A stretch of DNA of 64,000 nt, from positions 1 through 64,000 of IMG/VR virus record IMGVR_UViG_3300030116_004360, one strand, 5' to 3'. The position numbers were made by a program, and so were the translations under genes. Below are positions 57,207-64,000 of the stretch, piece by piece; position 1 is the first letter of the stretch, and each line of letters starts with the position of its first letter. The stretch is from a virus. A model generated the notes under the pieces. That model was not told the DNA's origin, did not search any database, and worked only from the letters and a program-made list of their open reading frames with translations.

Positions 57207-58775
57207 TTATTGCCCCAAATGAGCCGGTAAAGCCATTTCATTTTCACCACCAATAATTGCTACTTCTGTTGTTAAGACCATTAATGCAATTGAAACTGCT
57301 GAACGGAAACTACTCTTAGTAACTTTTACAGGGTCAATGATGCCTCGTTCAAGAAGGTTTACGTCGTTTTCAATCTTAAGCGCATCAAAACCCATACCAT
57401 GCATATTAGATACATCACTGTAAGTTAAATCTACTCCTGCATTTCTAGCAATTTGGAAATATGGTTCATGGAAAATTCTACTCATTAAAACATTAAAATC
57501 ATTTTCTTCCATTTGTGTTGAAGCATCAATTAATGCTTTTCCTCCACCAACAACATATCCTTGTTCTCTAGCGGCTTGTGTAGCATTTAAAGCATCATCT
57601 AACCTTTCTTTCTTTTCTTTTAATTCAATTTCAGTTGGTGCGCCTACTGTAATTCTAGCAATTCCACCACGAAGTTTAGCAATACGTTTCTTTAATCTAC
57701 TAGCAAGATATTTATCATCAGTGCTATTAAATTTAACTTCAAGTGCAATCGCTCTATCTGAAACTCTCTTATCAGTTTCATCATCACTATCTACTGTAAT
57801 AATAGTTCTATCTTTATTAATGATAGCCTTTGAAGCCATACCTAGAACTAAATCATCATTCTTAGAAATATCTTCACCAGAATCTACATCAATAACTTTA
57901 CCGCCAACAATAGAAGATATATCATTCATCTCATCAATCATAGCATCACCAAAACTAGGTGCTTTAATAATACAACAATCAATAGTTTTTCTAAGAATAT
58001 TAACAATAATATTAGCCAATGCTGAACCTGTAACATCTCGCGCCATAATTAATAGTGGTCGCTTATGAGTATTACAATGTTCTAAATATGGAAGAATATC
58101 TTGAAAGTTCTTAATATCCTCATTAGTCATTAATATATACGGATTGTCCAAAACACATGAACCATCATCTTGATTAATCATAGTATGGCTAACCATACCT
58201 CTATCAATCTCATAGCCATTTACAATCTCAATACTAGTTTCATTTGTTGTTCCTTCTTGAACAGAAATAACACATTGTTCACCTGCTAGAGAAATTACTT
58301 CAGAAATTAACCCACCTAACTCTTCATCATTGTTAGATGCAATTGTGGCAATTTGCTCAATTTTTTCTTGATTATCAACAGGTTCGGCCATAGTATCGAG
58401 AACCGCACAAATAGAATCAGTATATTCTAAAATACTCTTTCTAAACTCTGCTAGATTTTCAATAGTTTCTTGATTAAAATAATCACATAATGCCTGTGCT
58501 AATACACAAGCGGTAGTAGTTCCATCACCTGTATTTGATTGAGCCTCTGATGCAACATTTTGAATCAATTCGATTCCCATTTGAATAAAAGGGTCATCAG
58601 AAGATACAAATTTAGCAATTGTTACACCATCATTAATAACAGTTGGTTTAGGATATGTTTGTAATACAACAGTTTTAGCCTGTGGACCCAATGTTGGTTT
58701 TACTGCATCGGCAACAAGATTAACTCCTGCTAATATCTTTTCTTTCGCTTCATCATTAAATAATACTTTACTCAA
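57207..58775 (-). CDS. groEL: Group I chaperonin GroEL
   Basis: AVKPTLGP, NDGVTIAK, GDGTTTA, KAPSFGD, RIAKLRGGIA, GIIDPVKVT. Confidence 0.95.
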   Translation of the reverse strand: MSKVLFNDEAKEKILAGVNLVADAVKPTLGPQAKTVVLQTYPKPTVINDGVTIAKFVSSDDPFIQMGIELIQNVASEAQSNTGDGTTTACVLAQALCDYFNQETIENLAEFRKSILEYTDSICAVLDTMAEPVDNQEKIEQIATIASNNDEELGGLISEVISLAGEQCVISVQEGTTNETSIEIVNGYEIDRGMVSHTMINQDDGSCVLDNPYILMTNEDIKNFQDILPYLEHCNTHKRPLLIMARDVTGSALANIIVNILRKTIDCCIIKAPSFGDAMIDEMNDISSIVGGKVIDVDSGEDISKNDDLVLGMASKAIINKDRTIITVDSDDETDKRVSDRAIALEVKFNSTDDKYLASRLKKRIAKLRGGIARITVGAPTEIELKEKKERLDDALNATQAAREQGYVVGGGKALIDASTQMEENDFNVLMSRIFHEPYFQIARNAGVDLTYSDVSNMHGMGFDALKIENDVNLLERGIIDPVKVTKSSFRSAVSIALMVLTTEVAIIGGENEMALPAHLGQ

Positions 58776-59005
58776 AATTTCTCCCCCTTTCCTGTTTCAA
58801 AATAAATTTGTGAAATATCTATAATCAGATACTTCATATATGGAACTGCTGCTTTATCATTAAAGACAACAAATTTACCATCATATTTCCCATCAGGAGA
58901 AGATATTACTCTTCCTGTTTGGGAATCTGTTGTAATTAATCCAGAAATGCTTGTTTCATCACGCTTCTCAATAATTACCCAATTGTTACAATCTAATACT
59001 CTCAT
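58772..59005 (-). CDS. groES: GroES-like co-chaperonin (start re-called to 59005)
   Basis: NWVIIEK..ETSISGLI...TGRVIS...YLIIDISQI; GGAGG SD; directly upstream of groEL. Confidence 0.7.
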   Translation of the reverse strand: MRVLDCNNWVIIEKRDETSISGLITTDSQTGRVISSPDGKYDGKFVVFNDKAAVPYMKYLIIDISQIYFETGKGEKF

Positions 59006-59139
59006 TAGAATACCTCCCTTTTTCCACACGTATCACAACGTAAAACTACCATTGTTTTTCTAGATTTGTTATTTACATTTTTTTGTTCTGCAATAACCAT
59101 TCTACCATTACTACAATCTAAACACTTAACGCCCGTCAT
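59005..59139 (-). CDS. Zn-ribbon microprotein (44 aa, not in ORF track)
   Basis: MTGVKCLDCSNGRM...LRCDTCGKREVF*. Confidence 0.55.
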   Translation of the reverse strand: MTGVKCLDCSNGRMVIAEQKNVNNKSRKTMVVLRCDTCGKREVF

Positions 59140-59266
59140 TTATAATACTCTCCAATGTTTCTCTTACAACATACCTAGCAATATGAGGCCCATGACCTCT
59201 TTTTAAACCATTAACATATCTTTGTAGTTTATTCAAAACTATTTCTAATTTTTCTGAATCATTCAT
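59126..59266 (-). CDS. Hypothetical microprotein (46 aa, not in ORF track)
   Basis: MNDSEKLEIVLNKLQRY...; ATGA overlap. Confidence 0.45.
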   Translation of the reverse strand: MNDSEKLEIVLNKLQRYVNGLKRGHGPHIARYVVRETLESIINDGR

Positions 59267-59457
59267 TCCTCTTCACCTACCGTAAACTCTAATTCTAATA
59301 CAGAATATCTATACTCTTCTTCCGCAGCCAACAATTGATGGATTAAAAATGTATGCCTTGAAAGAAGGTTTTCAAATTCAGATTCAAATAGTTCTAATTC
59401 TTCTTTAGCCTCCTTAACATACTTTTCTGCTCTGTTTACATCCTTTTGAGTAGTCAT
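59263..59457 (-). CDS. Acidic coiled-coil protein
   Basis: Coupled to the JAB gene. Confidence 0.55.
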   Translation of the reverse strand: MTTQKDVNRAEKYVKEAKEELELFESEFENLLSRHTFLIHQLLAAEEEYRYSVLELEFTVGEEE

Positions 59458-59984
59458 TCTTCTTCACCAACATAAGCCATTCTTTCTTCATAAAAGATAA
59501 AATTTTGTAATGTTTTATCATCTTGCATCCAAAGCATCCTTTGTCTATCACCAAGAACAATTGCAGATTCCATCAATAGTTTCCAAGAATTAATAGTCCT
59601 TCTATCAGTTCCACTAAAATAAGCAGTTCCAAACGGATGAGTATGAATCCAACATTTAATCGGCAATTTCATTTGTTTCAATTGTTCTTCTTGATTCTCA
59701 AAAGAAACGAATCCCGGAGTCCCATAACTGATAAATAATTTCTCATTAGAATCAATTACTACTTGAACTTCTCTATCAATATCAAAAGCCTTTAGGCTCA
59801 TAGCAAAAATTTCATCCAGAAATGCTGATGAAAGATACCCTGCAAATATTTTATATCCATAGTTATCTATTTTCCATTCATCATAATCTTCTCCTTTATG
59901 ATTTTGCCATATTTCAAACAAACTTGTTATTCTTTCTTTCCAATCTTCTATCTTTATTTCACTACCATCTACCATTTTAATCAC
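59454..59984 (-). CDS. JAB/MPN+ (JAMM) metallo-isopeptidase
   Basis: REV glutamate, then WIHTHP...YFSGTD (E...HxH-x7-S-x2-D). Confidence 0.85.
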   Translation of the reverse strand: MIKMVDGSEIKIEDWKERITSLFEIWQNHKGEDYDEWKIDNYGYKIFAGYLSSAFLDEIFAMSLKAFDIDREVQVVIDSNEKLFISYGTPGFVSFENQEEQLKQMKLPIKCWIHTHPFGTAYFSGTDRRTINSWKLLMESAIVLGDRQRMLWMQDDKTLQNFIFYEERMAYVGEEE

Positions 59985-60539
59985 CTATACATTTATCATT
60001 TTAAATTCATTCACTTCTTCATTATTAAACCATCTTTGAATCCATTGTGCGCCCATACCTGCAATTGCTACATGGGTAAAATGAATCCCTTCTTTTTCTC
60101 CATTCCAATCACCTTGGCAGGAAAAAGAACCTTCTGGCCCCTTTAATAAAGTATCAATCTTATTCTTATCAATGTCGTAACTAACTAACGCCCCATTTCT
60201 ACCTTGAGAACGTAAATCAAGCCACTTTACATTTGAATTGTAAAGCATTTTACGCACATCTAAATTATCTGCACAACAAACTACCAATTCAAATCCTTTT
60301 ACTTGATTTTCCATCAATACCCGATATGGTTGAGGTTTAACACCTTCACATTTATTAGCCATCACTTCGGCCTTATTCATATCTAATTGTCCAATATTAA
60401 AATTTTGGTATGTTAAATTCTTTCCTTCTACAATATCAGGGTCATACACCGTAATATCGTATAACTTCGTTCTATGCAATAGTGGTATTAGAAAACTTCC
60501 AATTCCACCTGCTCCTATAATCATTATTTTTCTTTTCAT
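59985..60539 (-). CDS. ThiF/MoeB/E1-like adenylyltransferase
   Basis: IIGAGGIGS, YDPDIVEGKNLTYQ, NKAE, CCADNLDVR; candidate active Cys in GSFSCQ. Confidence 0.9.
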   Translation of the reverse strand: MKRKIMIIGAGGIGSFLIPLLHRTKLYDITVYDPDIVEGKNLTYQNFNIGQLDMNKAEVMANKCEGVKPQPYRVLMENQVKGFELVVCCADNLDVRKMLYNSNVKWLDLRSQGRNGALVSYDIDKNKIDTLLKGPEGSFSCQGDWNGEKEGIHFTHVAIAGMGAQWIQRWFNNEEVNEFKMINV

Positions 60540-60541
60540 TT

Positions 60542-61468
60542 TTATTCCTCCCTATCAAATCTTATTCCATTAACAAAATCATCTACTGTTATCATTTGTA
60601 ATAGTTCTCTCTTTGCTTTACCTTTTACTGTAAAACCTAAATCCCTTAGAAGTTCATTAGTATTATTTCTCGTAGAAACTGATGTTGTTTCTGTAACTTC
60701 TGCTATTCTTACTAAGGAAAAGTTTCTATGTAATATAGTTCTAGTTACATTCAACACTGTTGCAAAAAATGTTTTAGTTATTGGTTTTGGTTTAGCATAA
60801 TAAATGCCTTCGACGTATTTACCAATAATGTGAGCAGTTTTAAGAAACTCAAAATCATTAGGACATAATTTACTAACCAATAAATCTATTTCTTGAGGCA
60901 CATTTTTTTGTGCAATAACATGAGGATTTCTAAAAAATCGTGCTACGATTCTTACCTGCTTAAATAAACTTCTTTCACTAATATCTAACTTCTTAGCAGT
61001 TTGTTTAATAGTTATTGGTCTTCCTAACTCTTTTAGTGTAAAGAATGTTAAAGCACCTGCTCTAACTTCATAGGGTGTTCTTTTGAATAACCCAACACTA
61101 TGCGCCCTTCTACAATATTCTACAAGAGTTTCTTGTGATAAAGGTGTAAAATTTCCATCAGTCATTTCAGTTAAAGCCATCTTAGAATACTTAATATTTA
61201 TTTCTAAGGATTGGTGTTTTTTATGGCCGTGAAATTTTTCTGCTCTTTTAAGACGATAACCTATTCCTTCTTTTGCATTTATGGGTGCAGAACCTAATTG
61301 ACCTTTATCAGGAGAATGAATAGTTTCACCCGCCTTATTTAAACTATATGTTGTTTCTTCAAGTATAATTGATTCTGCTACTAATCCACAAGTATTACAA
61401 ACAAATGACCCTAATCGGTCATCAAGAGTATATTCTCTTTCTCCACATTCAAGACACGGTTCTCGCAT
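60542..61468 (-). CDS. tfb: Transcription initiation factor B homologue
   Basis: Zn ribbon CLECG...D..LGSFVCNTCGLV and two cyclin repeats (RPITIKQTAK, SLVRIAEVT). Confidence 0.85.
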   Translation of the reverse strand: MREPCLECGEREYTLDDRLGSFVCNTCGLVAESIILEETTYSLNKAGETIHSPDKGQLGSAPINAKEGIGYRLKRAEKFHGHKKHQSLEINIKYSKMALTEMTDGNFTPLSQETLVEYCRRAHSVGLFKRTPYEVRAGALTFFTLKELGRPITIKQTAKKLDISERSLFKQVRIVARFFRNPHVIAQKNVPQEIDLLVSKLCPNDFEFLKTAHIIGKYVEGIYYAKPKPITKTFFATVLNVTRTILHRNFSLVRIAEVTETTSVSTRNNTNELLRDLGFTVKGKAKRELLQMITVDDFVNGIRFDREE

Positions 61469-62669
61469 TAATAAATCCCTCCAAATTATTCCAATCTAAT
61501 CTACATTCATTCTGTCCACTAACATGATATTTTTCAATATAGCGTTTAATAGTATTTACCATAGCAACAGTCATTTCGTCATTTAATAATGCTAATGCTC
61601 TAGCACAGAATTGGTCACCAACAGAAGAATGTCTAGTCATATTATCAATACAAATAGGCCCATGAAGGGCTAATTTAGGTTTTAATCCATGTCCTCCTTC
61701 ATTGTGCTTAACAATAAATGTTGAAACCATTTGAATATCACTTTTATATTCAGCATCAGAAAGAACCCAATCTGCTAATTTACCTCTAACTATCATATAT
61801 GTTCTTTCTGCCTTTTCAATAATTCTAATTCTATTAGGATTAGAGCGTTGCATGGCTTCCATTAGTTCCTTTGCTCTTTCTTCAACAATATGTTGAGTTC
61901 TATTTTGTTCTAAAAATGCAACCATTAGTTTTTGTTGTGTTTCTGTTGGTTTTTTACCCATTAATTTTACCCATAACTTTTTCGGTGAAAGATGTTTCCA
62001 TGAACCACCTTTCTTTTCTTTCCAATAAAAGTTCATATATACATCTAAATCTTTAATAGAAATTGGAGCCCAAATTCCATCAGATATTTCAATTGCTAAT
62101 TGATTTTCACCAACCATTTCTACTCTAAATCTACAATCAACCTTTTCTCGTTCTTTATACCAATGAAAAGGTGCGCGATTTTCTAATGCATAAGAAACAT
62201 TCTCTGGTAAAATTAAGTTTCTTTCTAAGTAATTATATAATTCTATTGAGTCATTAGTAAAACATGACCTATAAATAGTTCTTGCTAAACTACGTAATAG
62301 ATTTTCCTTAGATGTAACTTTACCATTAATACCATATCTAGTTCCTTTTTTGTAGAAAAGAATAGGAAGTCCTTCACCACTAATAGATGAAGAACCAATA
62401 GTAACTACATAATTAAATTCTCTAGGCTTATCAATATCATATGAGTATCTACTTCTTCGCTTTCTAGTATTAAGCACATTATTTAAAAATTCATAAATTG
62501 CTTGAATTGTTGGTTCATGTGCCTGTCTAAAATTGCTAGGATTTAAAGTAACACGTTGTTCATAGATTTCATCTGATGAACTTTCATTTTTAACTGTAAT
62601 TCTTGTTTTATATTTAACTTGCGCTCTATCTGTCGCTTCTCTTATATTTATTTCATATGCATATACCAT
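61449..62669 (-). CDS. Hypothetical protein (406 aa)
   Basis: Long ORF; C-terminal GPICID...GDQFCARALALLND. Confidence 0.6.
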   Translation of the reverse strand: MVYAYEINIREATDRAQVKYKTRITVKNESSSDEIYEQRVTLNPSNFRQAHEPTIQAIYEFLNNVLNTRKRRSRYSYDIDKPREFNYVVTIGSSSISGEGLPILFYKKGTRYGINGKVTSKENLLRSLARTIYRSCFTNDSIELYNYLERNLILPENVSYALENRAPFHWYKEREKVDCRFRVEMVGENQLAIEISDGIWAPISIKDLDVYMNFYWKEKKGGSWKHLSPKKLWVKLMGKKPTETQQKLMVAFLEQNRTQHIVEERAKELMEAMQRSNPNRIRIIEKAERTYMIVRGKLADWVLSDAEYKSDIQMVSTFIVKHNEGGHGLKPKLALHGPICIDNMTRHSSVGDQFCARALALLNDEMTVAMVNTIKRYIEKYHVSGQNECRLDWNNLEGFINARTVS

Positions 62670-62870
62670 TTACATCACATAATCCTTATCTTTAAAATTC
62701 TTTTTGCACTTATGGTGCATTTCTTGTTTTTGTTCTTCTGGTGTTAATAACTGATGACCACATATTCTACATCTAGTAGCAATTCTTCTATTATAATTAA
62801 ATTTACTATCCACATAATCGGGGTCATGTTCGGTCATAATATCACTCTTCTTCATTGTTAATTTCTTCAT
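62670..62870 (-). CDS. Small Zn-finger protein
   Basis: CRICG...HHKC. Confidence 0.55.
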   Translation of the reverse strand: MKKLTMKKSDIMTEHDPDYVDSKFNYNRRIATRCRICGHQLLTPEEQKQEMHHKCKKNFKDKDYVM

Positions 62871-63153
62871 ATATACTATACTCTCTAATTAATTGATATT
62901 TACCATCTAAATATCCATATTTTCTGCGAGTAATAGTTTTGAAATCAGTTTCCATTAGCCCCATCATGATAGCATACATAATTACCATATTAAAGGGTTC
63001 TTTTTTTATTGAAGTCCAAGACCATTTTTGTCCTTGTATTGATAATGGTTTTTCACTATTCCATTTTATTCTCATAGCCTTTATTACTTCACTTTTATAA
63101 AAATTCTTTAATATCCAATCTGGATTTGCCTGTCCATCTACTATCTTAACCAT
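62842..63153 (-). CDS. Hypothetical protein
   Basis: Coupled ORF. Confidence 0.5.
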   Translation of the reverse strand: MVKIVDGQANPDWILKNFYKSEVIKAMRIKWNSEKPLSIQGQKWSWTSIKKEPFNMVIMYAIMMGLMETDFKTITRRKYGYLDGKYQLIREYSIYEEINNEEE

Positions 63154-63430
63154 CTACATCACCATTATTATTATAATATTCTAACATATTTTCTGTTTCT
63201 TTCTTTTTATTTTTCATCCACTGTGGATAACCCATAGCAATAGCATCATCAAGATGCCATAAAGCCTCAGTTATTTCTGAAACTACCATAAATATTCTAT
63301 TTTTATCAGAATAATGTAATGTTTCTGCTTTATAAATAGTATTCATAATTTTTATCCAATGTTCAGGTTCAAAATAATGCTCCCATTCAAGAACTATTCT
63401 TTTACATTCATGAAAATCCTTAAAAATCAT
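63146..63430 (-). CDS. Hypothetical protein
   Basis: Coupled ORF. Confidence 0.5.
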   Translation of the reverse strand: MIFKDFHECKRIVLEWEHYFEPEHWIKIMNTIYKAETLHYSDKNRIFMVVSEITEALWHLDDAIAMGYPQWMKNKKKETENMLEYYNNNGDVDG

Positions 63431-64000
63431 ATTTCACAAACTCCACCTGCACACGCGGCTTCACCACTTAAATTAGTATTATCTTCTAATTCTTTTACAG
63501 ATGTTAAATCAATAGTTTTTAAGTGGGAAGCCAATTCATTAAATTGTTTCAACCCAATATCTTCAAATGGTGCTTGAACATAAGTTCCACCATCATAAGG
63601 TAATACAGATAAACCGTTGTAATAATGACGATTCATCCATAACCATTCTCCAACCGGAGTCCATTCATCTTCTTTAATAGATATTGTAGCAGATACATTA
63701 TGCGTATTCATACCATCAACGTGACCTCTTTGAACCCAACGGATTGAATATCTTTTAACACGCTCTAATAGGTCAAAAACATCCTCTGTTCTAACGATTG
63801 ACCCCTTTGGTGCGCGTTGAGGTATGCTAATTTTGGCCTCTGTTTCCTTCTTAAAAAAATCATCTTCAACTAATTCAGGATGATTAGCCTTCAAGTAAGG
63901 ATAAATCGCTTCACCCTTTCCAACACTAACTCTACGAATATAGTAATCATTATGATAAGCATGAATACCTGAAGAAGTCCCTAAAACTAGAGATGTTGTT
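63427..64000 (-). CDS. nrdJ: Class II (B12-dependent) ribonucleotide reductase, 3' part, truncated by the window
   Basis: Frame is open to the edge: TTSLVLGTSSGIH...YIRRV, HNVSATI, YVQAPFE, terminal ACAGGVCEI. Confidence 0.9.
   Translation of the reverse strand, partial: TTSLVLGTSSGIHAYHNDYYIRRVSVGKGEAIYPYLKANHPELVEDDFFKKETEAKISIPQRAPKGSIVRTEDVFDLLERVKRYSIRWVQRGHVDGMNTHNVSATISIKEDEWTPVGEWLWMNRHYYNGLSVLPYDGGTYVQAPFEDIGLKQFNELASHLKTIDLTSVKELEDNTNLSGEAACAGGVCEI

Larger units (their letters stand above)
1..64000. mobile_element. Archaeal tailed virus genome segment (probably magrovirus, Marine Group II host)
   Basis: Complete head-tail module on +, archaeal-type replication and transcription genes on -. 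GGTGA motifs precede many starts, packing is dense with ATGA overlaps, and there are no host housekeeping operons. Host assignment is inferred from gene content. Confidence 0.85.

Noticed and set aside
38716-63577. Plus-strand ORFs within the replication arm (e.g. 51120-51386, 53691-53990, 57721-58068)
   Set aside because: Antisense shadows. The 53691 region is better explained by two short minus-strand genes.

Overview
This AT-rich 64 kb window is most of the genome of a tailed dsDNA virus (Caudoviricetes, long non-contractile tail) that infects an archaeon. Genes are preceded by the archaeal GGTGA Shine-Dalgarno core, and it encodes TFB, a fused PriS-PriL primase, RFC, RPA, an ERCC4 nuclease and histone folds. 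Gene content and order best match the 'magroviruses' of Marine Group II (Poseidoniales); this is inferred from recalled gene content, not a database hit. There are two convergent arms. The plus strand (1-37.9 kb) is morphogenesis: terminase, LAGLIDADG protein, small basic proteins, portal, a head-module DNA ligase, protease/scaffold, major capsid, a membrane/GTPase cassette, neck, tail tube, a frameshifted tail chaperone, tape measure, tail tip and fibre. The minus strand (38.2-64 kb) covers replication and host takeover: split PolB, clamp and clamp loader, helicase, primase, Cas4-like and DEDD nucleases, a second ligase, two histone folds, GroEL/GroES, JAB + E1, TFB and class II RNR. Best candidates for undescribed biology: (1) a five-gene cassette with an Arf/Sar1-like small GTPase and two membrane proteins inside the late operon, possibly an egress or membrane-remodelling system; (2) an N-terminal W-x-x-[VIT]-L-K tag on eight head-region proteins, with recurring [LIV]-x-K-[ASG] sites, suggesting capsid targeting and maturation cleavage, possibly of a packaged ligase; (3) a viral E1 + JAB pair next to TFB; (4) a structured ~150-nt ncRNA with its own TATA box at the junction of the arms; (5) microproteins missed by the ORF track, namely a TFS-like ribbon without catalytic residues and a double-PIP-box peptide. 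All calls were made by eye; no searches were run.
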